A DNA stretch of 64,000 nt from Bryobacterales bacterium (GTDB lineage: Bacteria > Acidobacteriota > Terriglobia > Bryobacterales > Bryobacteraceae). Shown here one piece after another: positions 9,527 through 19,367 of the stretch (position 1 is its first letter; every line of letters begins with the position of its first letter). The position numbers were made by a program, and so were the translations under genes. Under the pieces are notes generated by a model. It ran no database searches. It saw only the letters and a list, made by a program, of their open reading frames with translations, and was not told the DNA's origin. The DNA lies in NCBI GenBank assembly GCA_963785595.1, contig CAWAVY010000001.1:20140-84139 (forward strand), written 5' to 3'.

Positions 9527-10009
9527 TCAAGGAAAAAGTTGTGACGGCGGGTCGTACAGCGCCATCTCCTCCGGCGAAGGCCTTTCAAATATCTGGGCCC
9601 ACTGCTGGAGGTCGTCATAGGCGATAGCGGGTATCTCCGCGTTCCGCCGGCGAATTCTATCGAACAGAACCTCCACCGGGGCGTCCAGGAAGTGAAGCTC
9701 AACCCCGGCTCCCAGCTTTCGCGCTCCGGTCCGCAGGACATCCCGCTCCGACCGCGTCCACGTTCCCCACTCAATCACGACACCGCGACCGAGACTTAGG
9801 ATCTGTTGTGCAAGATTCCATTGAAGCTTTTCGATTCGCTCGCGGGCGTTGCCGTCCCAGAGGTTAATCCCCAGGGCATCCATCCACTCGTCGGCACAAA
9901 AGCGAACGCCGCGCAACCGCTGCTCAACCTGCTTGGCGTGCGATGTTTTGCCGGAGCCGGGCAAGCCACAAACGATGATCAGTCTCGCACGAGTTGGGAG
10001 TTCGCTCAT
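9527..10009 (-). CDS. P-loop ATPase / predicted kinase (AAA_33-like)
   Basis: 160 aa. It has a Walker A motif in LIIVCGLPGSGKTSHAK, and its size and layout match small nucleotide/gluconate-kinase-like proteins. Confidence 0.7.
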   Translation of the reverse strand: MSELPTRARLIIVCGLPGSGKTSHAKQVEQRLRGVRFCADEWMDALGINLWDGNARERIEKLQWNLAQQILSLGRGVVIEWGTWTRSERDVLRTGARKLGAGVELHFLDAPVEVLFDRIRRRNAEIPAIAYDDLQQWAQIFERPSPEEMALYDPPSQLFP

Positions 10010-10095
10010 GGGAGTTTCTTTCGCCTTCGCATTCTATCTTTTACAGGCTGGGTTCTTTTCGCCACTTTTCGCTACATTTGAAAATAGCTTCCGCC

Positions 10096-11595
10096 ATGAA
10101 CGAATCCACCGATGAGCTGATTCTCGGAAAGAAATCCCTCCCCGCCCACAACCGCTCCCGTCCGGCCTTCTGGAGCTTGATTTTGGCGATCTCCGCCGTG
10201 GTACTTGCCTATGCCGTCACCCGCGCCTTCGTCTGGGACGAAGGCTATCACCTCATCGCGGCTCAGCAGGTCGCGCTTGGCAAACTTCCTTACATTGATT
10301 TCTGCTTTCCGCAAACGCCTCTGAACACTTTTCTGAACGCCGGCGTGATCCGCCTCCTTGGGCAACACTGGCGGCCCATTCACGTTGTTGCAACGTTGTT
10401 CTCCATGGGCGCCATGCTGCTCACCGCACAGCTCATGCTTGCCCGCTTTCCCGTGCCGCGCTGGCGGCTACCGTGCGCCTTGGCCGCAGCGGTCTTTGTC
10501 GGTCTCAACCAGATCGTCGTACAGTTCGGCACCATCGGGCAGGCTTACGGCATTTGTCTGTTCTTCACCATGGCCGCGTATCGCGTGGCGCTCGAAACGC
10601 CCGCCCGCGCCAGTCTGGCACCAGCATTCGCATGCGGAGGGCTGGCCGGTATCGCCGCCGGCTCCTCGCTTCTCACCGCGCCAATCTTGCCAGTCCTACT
10701 TGTCTGGATCTATCTTTACAACAGCGTCGGGTCCGCGTGGCGCAAAGCGGCCGCGTTCGTGGCGGGCTGCGCGGTGGCGTTTCTCCCGGTCCTCTGGCTT
10801 TTTTTTCAAGGCAGGGAACAAACCATCTTCAATATCTTGAAATACCACGCGCTCTATCGCCGGTCCGATTGGCCAGGCGCTACTTATCACGACTTGCAAG
10901 TCTTCACCAGTTGGCTCGATTCCACGCAGGGCTTAACGCTCGCGCTCTTGGCCGCTGCCGGTGTTACCTTCTTGCTGAAGGAATGCGCTTGGCCGCGCGC
11001 GCAACGCGCCGAGTTCTTTCTGGCCGCTTGGATCAGTCTGGCCGAAGGCGCTTATCTCTGCACGCCGCATCCCACCTTCGGCCGCTACTTTATCTTTCTT
11101 ACGCCCTTTATGACCATTCTTTCCATGGCCGGCGTTTATACGCTCGGTTCGAAGATGGGTTATGGCGCGCGTCCGGCGTGGCCTGCCGGCATCGCGGCGG
11201 TGTTGGGGGCGCTCATGTGTGTCAGTTTCGCTGTTGAGTCTTTCCAACAAACCACTTGGCAGGAGTACGAAAAGGTAGCGCGCAAGGTGGCCGAAGTGAC
11301 ACCGCCCGGCGGCCGCATCTTTGCCGATGAAGTGGTCTACTTCGCCCTCGGCCAAACTCCGCCCACGGGCATGGAAGTTTCCTACACGCACACGGTGAGA
11401 CTTTCGCCCGCCGAAGAAAAACTTGAACACATTGTTTCCGTAGACGAATTAAAGACGCAGTTTGCCAAACACGAATTCGCGACCGTGCAATCGTGTTCCG
11501 ACGCCGAAATGGAACGTTATGGGTTGCCCAGCTCCTATCGCTACCAAGTCGAGATGGATGACTGTACCGTGTTCTGGGGAGAACGTCCCAAATGA
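10096..11595 (+). CDS. Polytopic membrane protein, ArnT/PMT-like (GT-C fold) glycosyltransferase candidate
   Basis: About 500 aa with many hydrophobic helices. The first loop, VTRAFVWDEGYHLIAAQQVALGKLPYIDF, resembles family 39/83 glycosyltransferases. I moved the start to ATG 10096 to avoid overlap with the divergent kinase gene. Confidence 0.5.
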   Translation: MNESTDELILGKKSLPAHNRSRPAFWSLILAISAVVLAYAVTRAFVWDEGYHLIAAQQVALGKLPYIDFCFPQTPLNTFLNAGVIRLLGQHWRPIHVVATLFSMGAMLLTAQLMLARFPVPRWRLPCALAAAVFVGLNQIVVQFGTIGQAYGICLFFTMAAYRVALETPARASLAPAFACGGLAGIAAGSSLLTAPILPVLLVWIYLYNSVGSAWRKAAAFVAGCAVAFLPVLWLFFQGREQTIFNILKYHALYRRSDWPGATYHDLQVFTSWLDSTQGLTLALLAAAGVTFLLKECAWPRAQRAEFFLAAWISLAEGAYLCTPHPTFGRYFIFLTPFMTILSMAGVYTLGSKMGYGARPAWPAGIAAVLGALMCVSFAVESFQQTTWQEYEKVARKVAEVTPPGGRIFADEVVYFALGQTPPTGMEVSYTHTVRLSPAEEKLEHIVSVDELKTQFAKHEFATVQSCSDAEMERYGLPSSYRYQVEMDDCTVFWGERPK

Positions 11596-11615
11596 TATAC
11601 TGCGGGCATTCCTGT

Positions 11616-12533
11616 ATGAAGAAACTCTTCGTTTTGGCCCTGTTTACGGGCTCGGTACTGCTTAGCCAAGCTCCGGACATTACGGGCGTGTGGCGGGCAG
11701 ACCTGCAAAAAAGCAAGCGCATGGGGCCGCCCGTTGTCACCTATCTGGTGATCATTGGGCAGAAGAACGAAGTCTTCAATCGCCGCACCAAGGAAGAAGC
11801 GCCGCTGGTTACGGAAACCACGGGTACGTGGGGCCAGCATGAAGAGCGCGATGTGCTTACGTTCTTCCTGAATGGCAAGCCCGCCATTCGTTCATATAAG
11901 GGTGTACCGTCTCGCGTGACGGCGACAGTGGAGGGCGGCAAACTCATGGTCAACGGCGAAGTGCCCGGGCGTCCTTACACTTTCAAGAGGACGTATGAGC
12001 TTTCCGATGGCGGCAAGACGCTCACCATGAACGAAGACATTGCCGACGGGCCGCACGTGATGCACAGCACTATTGTGCTGCTCAAGCAGGATGAAGCCGC
12101 GGGCGAACCGCTGCTCAAGCCGGAAGAACTGGCCGGGGTGCATTTCAAAAACGTGAAAACCGAATCCATGAAAGCGCTGCCTGCTTCGGAGTTTATTGCC
12201 CGCATGCATTACATCTCATGGGCGCTGGGCAAGAATTGCGAGTTTTGCCATGTGCATAACAAGTTTGATTCCGACGACAAGAAAGAAAAACAAACCGCCC
12301 GCAAAATGATTGATATGACGGCGGCCATCGACGAGCACAATTTCGAAGGAAAGCCGGCGGTGCAATGCTTCACCTGCCACGAAGGGCGCGCCCATCCGCT
12401 TCGCTATCAGCTCTTTGCCGATGAGATCGAAGCTGAGAAGGCGCAGGCTGAAAAGGAAGCCGCTGAGAATGCCGCGCATCAACCGCCTCCTCCGCCCGGT
12501 CCTCCAGGCGGTGGTCCGCCGCCGCAGCATTAA
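11616..12533 (+). CDS. Dihaem c-type cytochrome (photosynthetic-reaction-centre cytochrome c subunit-like family)
   Basis: It has a signal peptide (MKKLFVLALFTGSVLLSQA), two CxxCH motifs (CEFCH, CFTCH) and a Pro/Gly tail (PPPPPGPPGGGPPPQH). Confidence 0.75.
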   Translation: MKKLFVLALFTGSVLLSQAPDITGVWRADLQKSKRMGPPVVTYLVIIGQKNEVFNRRTKEEAPLVTETTGTWGQHEERDVLTFFLNGKPAIRSYKGVPSRVTATVEGGKLMVNGEVPGRPYTFKRTYELSDGGKTLTMNEDIADGPHVMHSTIVLLKQDEAAGEPLLKPEELAGVHFKNVKTESMKALPASEFIARMHYISWALGKNCEFCHVHNKFDSDDKKEKQTARKMIDMTAAIDEHNFEGKPAVQCFTCHEGRAHPLRYQLFADEIEAEKAQAEKEAAENAAHQPPPPPGPPGGGPPPQH

Positions 12534-12542
12534 GAGACCGCG

Positions 12543-15290
12543 ATGCTTCGCTGCTGGTGTTTGCTCGGCATCGTATTCGCTTTCGCGGTTATACGCGGCG
12601 CGAGCCAAACTGCGCCGCCCATCACCACTCCCAAAGAAGCCCTCGGCTTCAACCTGGGCGACGATTATCATGTCGCCAACTACACCCAGCTCGATTCTTA
12701 CTGGCACAAGTTGGCCGCCGAATCCGACCGAATGAAGCTGGTAGACATCGGGCCCACCGCCGAAAACCGCCGCCAATACATGGCGATTATCACCTCGCCA
12801 GCCAACCTCAAGAATCTTGATCGCTATAGGGAGATCTCGCAAAAGCTCGCGCACGCCGAAGGCCTGAGCGACGATGAGGCGCGTTCGCTCGCCCACGAAG
12901 GCAAGGCCGTGGTTTGGATTGACGGCGGCCTCCACGCCACGGAAACCGTGGGTTCGCAGCAGGAGATGGAAGAGGTGTACCAAATGGTGAGCCGCACCGA
13001 TCCTGAAACCGTGCGTTTTCTCGATGACACTATTCTTCTCTGCGTGCTGGCAAATCCAGACGGCCAGGAACTCGCCGCCAATTGGTACATGCGCGAACCC
13101 GATCCATTGAAGCGCAGTCTCAGCAATCTGCCGCGCCTGTTCCAACACTACATCGGCCACGACAACAATCGCGATTTCTACATGTCCAACATGCCGGAAA
13201 GCACCAATATGAACCGGCAGTTGTTTTTGGAGTGGTTCCCGCAGATCGTCTACAACCATCACCAAACCGGTCCGGCGGGCGCGGTGATTTTCATGCCGCC
13301 CTTTCGCGATCCGTTCAACTACAATTTCGATCCCCTCATGCCGTTGGATGTCGAGGCAGTGGGCACGGCTATGCACCAAAGGTTGGTGGCCGAACGCAAG
13401 GGAGGGTCGGCACAGCGTTCCGGTGCGAACTACTCAACGTGGTGGAACGGTGGCTTGCGCACCATTTGTTACTTCCACAACATGATCGGCCTGCTTACCG
13501 AAATCATTGGCAATCCCACACCCATGCAGATCCCGCTGGTAGTGGAAAAGCAGTTGCCCACTGGCGATTTGCCATTGCCCATTGCGCCGCAGACCTGGCA
13601 TTACCGGCAATCCATCGATTATGAGATGAGCAACAATCGAGCGGTTCTGGATTACGCTTCGCGCAATCGTGAAACACTGCTTTACGATCTGTACGCGATG
13701 GGCAAACACTCGATTCAGAATGGCTCAGAAGATCACTGGACCACCACTCCGGGCCGGATCGAAGCGTTACGAACGGCCGGCTCAGGACCGGCGGCGTTGA
13801 AGCCCGAGCTTTATCAGTCGGTACTGCACGATCCGAAATTTCGCGATCCGCGCGGCTATATCATTCCTTCCGATCAAGCCGATTTCGCGACCGCTACGAA
13901 GTTCGTCAACGCCTTGCTGAAAACCGGCATCACGGTCATGAAGGCCTCACAGCCCTTCAGCGTAAATGGCAAGGCTTATCCAACTGGTTCGTTCGTCGTC
14001 AAGACGGCGCAGGCCTTTCGCCCTCACGTGATGGACATGTTTGAGCCGCAAGATCATCCCAACGATTTTTCGTATCCTGGCGGCCCGCCCATACCGCCGT
14101 ACGATAGCGCCGGCTGGACCCTCGCATTGCAAATGGGGGTTCAATTCGATCGCGTGCTCGACGGTTTTACCGGGCCTTTCATTAAAGTGGATGGCTTGCT
14201 CGATCCGCCGGCGGCCATGGTAAGCAGCGTTGCGCGCCCGGCAGGTTATCTTGTTGACCATCGCATGAACGATTCCGTTATCGTGGTGAATCGTCTCTTG
14301 AAAGCCGGCTGCTCTGTTTATTGGCTGGCCAAGGCGCAAGCTGCGGAAGGCCGCGATTTGGGGGCCGGCGCCATTTGGATTCCGGCTTCAGCCGCAGTGC
14401 GCCCCATTCTCGATACCGCGGCGAAGCAATTGGGTGTCGCGGCTTACGCATTGGCAAAAGCACCGGCGGGTGCGGCGGTTAAGCTCAAGCCCATCCGCGT
14501 GGGATTGTATGACCAATACGGCGGCTTGATGCCTTCCGGCTGGCTGCGCTGGTTGTTTGAGCAGTATGAGTTCCCGTTTCAACTTGTCTATCCGCAGATG
14601 CTTGATGCGGGCGATTTGCGCGCGCGTTTCGATGTGCTGGTGTTTAGCGACGGCGCCTTCCGCCGCGGGCCGATAGAGCGCGGACCTGAGTCCGCTCCGG
14701 CTCCACCCAAACCCGAAGAGATTCCGCCTGAGTTTCGCGCTTGGCTCGGGCACGTGACGGAAGACAAAACCATCCCGCAAATCCAGAAATTCCTGGCCGC
14801 GGGCGGTTCGGTTGTGAGCATTGGCAGTTCAACCGCTATAGCGGAACTGCTGGGCATCCCGCTCGAAAATCACTTGACCGAAATGGGCAAGGATGGTTCG
14901 CCTCACCCCCTGCCGCGCGACAAATACTACGTGCCCGGTTCGCTTCTCAAAGTGCGCATCGATAACAGCAACCCTCTTGCGTATGGAATGCCGGAAGAAG
15001 CCGATGTCTTTTTCGACAACAGTCCGGTGTTCAACCTTTTACCCGAGGCTGCTCTGAAGCACACCGAAGCTGTGGCTTGGTTCGCCAGCGCCAAGCCGTT
15101 GCAAAGCGGTTGGGCCTGGGGCCAGCAATACCTGAAGGGTGGAGTGGCGGTGGCCGAAGCCTCTATCGGTGACGGGAAGTTTTTCGCCTTGGGGCCCGAG
15201 GTAACATTCCGCGGGCAACCGCACGGCACGTTCAAACTGCTCTTCAATGGCCTGTATTACGGAAGCGCGAAAGCAGCGACTTTGCCGTGA
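12543..15290 (+). CDS. M14 family metallocarboxypeptidase-like protein (large, secreted)
   Basis: 915 aa with a signal peptide. The zinc-site context is GGLHATETVG...ANPDGQE...GHDNNRDF, followed by a long C-terminal extension. Confidence 0.8.
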   Translation: MLRCWCLLGIVFAFAVIRGASQTAPPITTPKEALGFNLGDDYHVANYTQLDSYWHKLAAESDRMKLVDIGPTAENRRQYMAIITSPANLKNLDRYREISQKLAHAEGLSDDEARSLAHEGKAVVWIDGGLHATETVGSQQEMEEVYQMVSRTDPETVRFLDDTILLCVLANPDGQELAANWYMREPDPLKRSLSNLPRLFQHYIGHDNNRDFYMSNMPESTNMNRQLFLEWFPQIVYNHHQTGPAGAVIFMPPFRDPFNYNFDPLMPLDVEAVGTAMHQRLVAERKGGSAQRSGANYSTWWNGGLRTICYFHNMIGLLTEIIGNPTPMQIPLVVEKQLPTGDLPLPIAPQTWHYRQSIDYEMSNNRAVLDYASRNRETLLYDLYAMGKHSIQNGSEDHWTTTPGRIEALRTAGSGPAALKPELYQSVLHDPKFRDPRGYIIPSDQADFATATKFVNALLKTGITVMKASQPFSVNGKAYPTGSFVVKTAQAFRPHVMDMFEPQDHPNDFSYPGGPPIPPYDSAGWTLALQMGVQFDRVLDGFTGPFIKVDGLLDPPAAMVSSVARPAGYLVDHRMNDSVIVVNRLLKAGCSVYWLAKAQAAEGRDLGAGAIWIPASAAVRPILDTAAKQLGVAAYALAKAPAGAAVKLKPIRVGLYDQYGGLMPSGWLRWLFEQYEFPFQLVYPQMLDAGDLRARFDVLVFSDGAFRRGPIERGPESAPAPPKPEEIPPEFRAWLGHVTEDKTIPQIQKFLAAGGSVVSIGSSTAIAELLGIPLENHLTEMGKDGSPHPLPRDKYYVPGSLLKVRIDNSNPLAYGMPEEADVFFDNSPVFNLLPEAALKHTEAVAWFASAKPLQSGWAWGQQYLKGGVAVAEASIGDGKFFALGPEVTFRGQPHGTFKLLFNGLYYGSAKAATLP

Positions 15291-15301
15291 ACTAGCGGCT
15301 C

Positions 15302-15562
15302 TTACCTGCCGAAGAATTCGGCGTTTTTCTTGGCGAAATCATGCCACTTTTCCGGCAGATCGTCCAGGGCGAAAATCGCCGAGACGGGGCAGACGGGAAC
15401 GCAAGCGCCGCAATCGATGCATTCGACGGGGTCTATATAGAGCATCATCTCGCCTTCGAATTTGGGGCTGTCTTTTTTCGGGTGGATGCAGTCTACCGGG
15501 CAGGCGTCCACACACGCGGCGTCCTTGGTTCCAATACAGGGTTCGGCGATTACGTAAGCCAT
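15302..15562 (-). CDS. fdxA: Ferredoxin (7Fe-type, 3Fe-4S + 4Fe-4S)
   Basis: 86 aa. The cluster motifs are [27 protein letters not shown] and [12 protein letters not shown]. Confidence 0.9.
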   Translation of the reverse strand: MAYVIAEPCIGTKDAACVDACPVDCIHPKKDSPKFEGEMMLYIDPVECIDCGACVPVCPVSAIFALDDLPEKWHDFAKKNAEFFGR

Positions 15563-15675
15563 CTTAAGTTCCTCAATGCTTTAACTTTTAGGAGTAGCAC
15601 ACCGGGCCAACGAGCGCCAACGGCGGTTCAGTGAGCGGTGAGATTCCGAGATTCAAGCGCGTACAATCGAGTTAG

Positions 15676-16563
15676 ATGATCGCAAAGGTACGAAAGGCGG
15701 TATTTCCCGCCGCCGGGTTGGGCACGCGGTTCCTGCCGGCCACTAAGGCGCAACCGAAAGAGATGCTTCCGGTGGTCGATAAACCATTGATTCAATATGG
15801 GGTTGAGGAGGCGATGCACTCCGGGATACAGAACATCATTATCGTGACGGGGCGCGGCAAATCTTCGATAGAAGATCATTTTGACGTCAGTTTCGAGCTG
15901 GAGCATTTGCTCGAATCGAAGGGTAAGACCGAGCTGTTGTCGATGGTGCGAGGCATCTCCGACATGATCGACGTTTCTTATGTAAGGCAGAAAGAAGCGC
16001 TGGGTTTGGGGCATGCGGTGCATCGGGCTAAGGAACTGGTGGGGAATGAGCCTTTTGCGGCGGTGCTATCGGACGATGTGATTCTTTCGGAAACGCCGTG
16101 CATCCGGCAATTGCTGGACGTTTACGAATATTACGGGGCATCGGTCTTGGCATTGATGGAGGTACCGAAGGACCAGATTTCGGCGTACGGCGTGGTGGAT
16201 GCGGAGCCAGTGTCGGACAACGGCAGGCAAGGGCGTTTGTTCCGGATTCGGAACATGGTGGAAAAGCCTAAGCCGGCGGACGCGCCGTCCAATCTGGCGA
16301 TTATCGGGCGGTATGTTCTTACGCCTGAGATATTTCAATGCGTGGAATCGATTGAACCGGGGAGTGGCGGGGAGATCCAACTGACCGACGCGTTGAAATA
16401 CATGCTGCGCAACCGGCCCATTTATGGATTGAAGTTTGAGGGCAAGCGCTATGACGCGGGCGACAAGCTGGGATTCTTGAAAGCGACCGTGGAATTCGCG
16501 CTGAGCCGCCACGATTTGGGCGAGCCGTTTCGCGAGTATCTAAAAACCCTGTGCTTAAGTTAG
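15676..16563 (+). CDS. galU: UTP--glucose-1-phosphate uridylyltransferase
   Basis: KAVFPAAGLGTRFLPATKAQPKEMLPVVDKPLIQY and VEKP are diagnostic GalU motifs. Confidence 0.9.
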   Translation: MIAKVRKAVFPAAGLGTRFLPATKAQPKEMLPVVDKPLIQYGVEEAMHSGIQNIIIVTGRGKSSIEDHFDVSFELEHLLESKGKTELLSMVRGISDMIDVSYVRQKEALGLGHAVHRAKELVGNEPFAAVLSDDVILSETPCIRQLLDVYEYYGASVLALMEVPKDQISAYGVVDAEPVSDNGRQGRLFRIRNMVEKPKPADAPSNLAIIGRYVLTPEIFQCVESIEPGSGGEIQLTDALKYMLRNRPIYGLKFEGKRYDAGDKLGFLKATVEFALSRHDLGEPFREYLKTLCLS

Positions 16564-17513
16564 CCGGCGCGGCCTTGGTTTGCGCGGCCTTGGCTGGCCA
16601 GGACATTCCGAAGACGTATGGGCAACCCGCTACGCCGCCGATTGTGGCCAACGTGCTGCTGGCGCTGAAGGGTGGCGACTTGCCAACCGCGGAAGCTTTG
16701 GCCGCACAATACCGCCGCACGAATGGCGATACGCCGGAAGCGTTGCAGGCGTTGGGCTGGGTGGCGCGCGGTGAATTAGCAGCGCACGAGGTGGACAAGG
16801 CGCAAGAGAGCGCCGCACAAATCGTCAAGAGCGCGCAGGTGGCACTGGCGGCGCGGTCTTTGGACGCGGAACCGTACTTGCCGTTGGCTCTGGGCACAGC
16901 TTATGAAGTGGAAGCCGAGGTTTTGTTTGCGCAAGGAAAAAGGGCGGCGGCGCTGCGATTGCTGCAGAGCGCGCTGACGCAGTGGCGCGAGACGTCGTTA
17001 GCCGACCGGTTGCAGAAGAACATCAACCTGATGACGCTGGAGGGTCGGCCCATGCCGTTACTGCGGGAGACGGAATGGATTGGCGACAAACCCGCGGCGC
17101 CGGCGGTGTGGCGCGGCAAAGTGCTGCTGCTGTTTTTCTGGGCGCATTGGTGCGCGGATTGTAAGGCCGACGCGCCGGTTATTGCGAAGCTGGGTGAAGA
17201 GATGAAAGCGCGCGGTTTGGTAGTGCTGGCGCCGACGCGTCGTTATGGCTACACATTCGACGACGATCACGCGCCGCCGGCAAAAGAAACACCGTTCATC
17301 ATGAAGGTGTTTGAACGTTACTATAAGCAAGTTCCGGTGGATGGCGTGCCGGTGGACGCGGGAAATTTCCGGCGCTTTGGCGTCAGCACCACGCCGACTA
17401 TCGTGCTAGTGGATAGGCGCGGGATCGTGAGGCTTTATCATCCGGGGTTCATGAAGGAAGATGAGTTGCGCGAAGCGATTGAGCCGCTGCTGCGCGTAGG
17501 GCCGGGCAGTTGA
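16551..17513 (+). CDS. TlpA-family thiol:disulfide oxidoreductase with N-terminal helical-repeat domain
   Basis: It has a signal peptide and a thioredoxin-fold active site in LLFFWAHWCADCKADAP. The GTG start overlaps the galU end by 13 bp. Confidence 0.75.
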   Translation: MLKLAGAALVCAALAGQDIPKTYGQPATPPIVANVLLALKGGDLPTAEALAAQYRRTNGDTPEALQALGWVARGELAAHEVDKAQESAAQIVKSAQVALAARSLDAEPYLPLALGTAYEVEAEVLFAQGKRAAALRLLQSALTQWRETSLADRLQKNINLMTLEGRPMPLLRETEWIGDKPAAPAVWRGKVLLLFFWAHWCADCKADAPVIAKLGEEMKARGLVVLAPTRRYGYTFDDDHAPPAKETPFIMKVFERYYKQVPVDGVPVDAGNFRRFGVSTTPTIVLVDRRGIVRLYHPGFMKEDELREAIEPLLRVGPGS

Positions 17514-17581
17514 AAAAATCCCCAGCTTCAAGATCAAGATGAGGATACGTTGTTTTTGTTTAGAATGAGAAGGGGTGAGTG

Positions 17582-18130
17582 ATGACCGCCGAACAAGCAG
17601 GGCCGGAAATGGAAGTCCGTACCTCTGACGAGATCCAACGGTTGTTCGATCAGCTCAGGACAGCCAATCTTAACGTTCGCTATTAGGGCGCTCTTGCCCA
17701 AAAACGCAAACGTCAGAACACCAAGTTTCAAATTTGTATCGCTGTTCTGTCGCTACTCGCGCTGGTCATCTTTGCCACTGAAGAATTTCGACATGCGGTG
17801 GGAATCTATGCGGCGATAGCCAGCGGATTGGCAACCGTTCTGGCTGGAGCGCTTCCGTTCCTTGGTTGGGATGAGGATGGCAAGACATACACATTTTTGA
17901 ACCGGTCTTATCTGATTTTGGAGAACCAGATTAGAGAAGTGTTGTCACTGTTGCGAAGGGACGGCCTAACGGATGAACTATTGGGGCGCTCAAAACAGTT
18001 GATTGATTCAATGACGCGACTGCGAGGTTTTGACGAAGAAGACCACAGCAAAGCCAATGCCATCCAGAAAAACAGATTTTACGAAGAGGTAAATGAAGCA
18101 TACCCGCCCGGCTACGAGATGACCCTATAG
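17582..18130 (+). pseudogene. SLATT-like 2-TM protein gene interrupted by a single in-frame TAG (17684-17686)
   Basis: ATG 17582 (AAGGGGTGA upstream) and the track ORF at 17798..18130 share one frame, with only one stop between them. The read-through product has an N-helix, a basic linker, two TM helices (FQICIAVLSLLALVIFA, GIYAAIASGLATVLAGALPFL) and a helical tail. The family assignment rests on architecture only. Confidence 0.5.
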
Positions 18131-18268
18131 ATGGCTACCAGAAAGAAACCAATCCCTCGTCCAAAACGAGGCGAGAAGCGGAGCAAAGCAGGCTCCATCC
18201 AGTCGCCCAAGCCTTGGCCTCGGGACCGACCTTCACCGAAGCCGGCACCAAAGAAAAAGAGTCAGTAG
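18131..18268 (+). CDS. 45-aa highly basic Pro/Lys/Arg-rich micro-ORF (hypothetical)
   Basis: The ATG directly abuts the upstream TAG (TAGATG). The product is MATRKKPIPRPKRGEKRSKAGSIQSPKPWPRDRPSPKPAPKKKSQ. It falls below the ORF-track length cutoff, and nothing beyond position and composition supports it. Confidence 0.3.
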   Translation: MATRKKPIPRPKRGEKRSKAGSIQSPKPWPRDRPSPKPAPKKKSQ

Positions 18269-18329
18269 GGCTAACAATGCCACAAGGCTGCCGAGGAGAA
18301 GCCTGGCTACCGACAGGCCGGCTGGAAAT

Positions 18330-19343
18330 CTATTGTAGATCGTTCTTCAAAACAACTCGGTAGCGAGCTTTGCCGGATTCCAGATGCGCAAAGGCTTCGT
18401 TCACTGCGGTCATGGGGAATTCTTCGGTAATGGGAGCGATGCTGTGGCGGGCGGCGAAATCGAGCATTTTTATTACGTTTGCGGGCGAGCCAGAGGGGCT
18501 GCCTGAGATCTCGCGTTGGCCGAAGATGAGGGGAATTACGCCAGTCTTGATTTCAGGAATGCCTCCAACGGTATGAAAGCGGCCGCGCGGCGCAAGAGCG
18601 TCGAGGTAAAGATTCATGTCGAGGTTGGCCGCCACCGTCGAGAGGATCAGGTTGAAAGATCCGGCTACCTTCTTTAAGTCGGCTTCCGAGCGAGTATTGA
18701 CAACGGCGCGCGCGCCCAGACTTTTTGCTTCAGCGGCTTTGCTATCGGAGGTTGTGAACGCGGTTACATGAGAGCCCCACTTATTCAGGAACTGTAAAGC
18801 CATGTGGCCCAGTCCGCCGATGCCGATAACGGCGACGCGATCCGTCGGTTTCACGTCAAACTGCATCAGCGGATTAAAGACAGTAATACCGCCGCAAAAG
18901 AGCGGACCGGCTTTGGCAGGATCGAGGCCTTCCGGCAAAGGCGTGGCCCAGATCCAGTGACAACGCACGTAAGTGGCGAAGGCGCCGTGGCGGCCGATAA
19001 TGGTGTTCTGTAGCGTAGAGCACAGATTGTGGTCGCCGGCGAGACAAGCGTGGCAGTGCAGGCAACTGGTGGAATTCCAGCCGAGGCCCACGGTCTGGCC
19101 GACCGTCAAACCTTTGGCGTTTTCGCCAAGCTGCGTGATCTTGCCAATGGCTTCGTGGCCGGGCACGAGCGGGTAAAGGGTCATTTGCCATTCGTTGTTG
19201 AGCATGGAAACATCGGAATGGCAGAGGCCGCAATATTGCACGTCGATTTCGACCTGTTCGGCGCCTAAAGGGCCGGGATCGTAAGAAAATGGCGTGAGTT
19301 TTCCGGCGGCGTCCCGGGCGGCCAGGGCGTGAATTTCGCTCAT
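18330..19343 (-). CDS. Zn-dependent NAD(P) alcohol dehydrogenase (YahK / cinnamyl-ADH-like)
   Basis: 337 aa. It has the zinc motif CGLCHSD..GHE, structural-zinc cysteines (CLHCHACLAGDHNLC) and a Rossmann motif IGIGGLGH. Confidence 0.9.
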   Translation of the reverse strand: MSEIHALAARDAAGKLTPFSYDPGPLGAEQVEIDVQYCGLCHSDVSMLNNEWQMTLYPLVPGHEAIGKITQLGENAKGLTVGQTVGLGWNSTSCLHCHACLAGDHNLCSTLQNTIIGRHGAFATYVRCHWIWATPLPEGLDPAKAGPLFCGGITVFNPLMQFDVKPTDRVAVIGIGGLGHMALQFLNKWGSHVTAFTTSDSKAAEAKSLGARAVVNTRSEADLKKVAGSFNLILSTVAANLDMNLYLDALAPRGRFHTVGGIPEIKTGVIPLIFGQREISGSPSGSPANVIKMLDFAARHSIAPITEEFPMTAVNEAFAHLESGKARYRVVLKNDLQ

Positions 19344-19367
19344 GCGTTTTAAGATGCTACGAACCAG

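Noticed and set aside
12216-13379. 387-aa minus-strand ORF
   Set aside because: It lies entirely antisense to the well-supported M14 peptidase gene. Its translation is low-complexity and rich in Arg, His and Val, with no recognisable motifs. This is a typical GC-rich shadow ORF.
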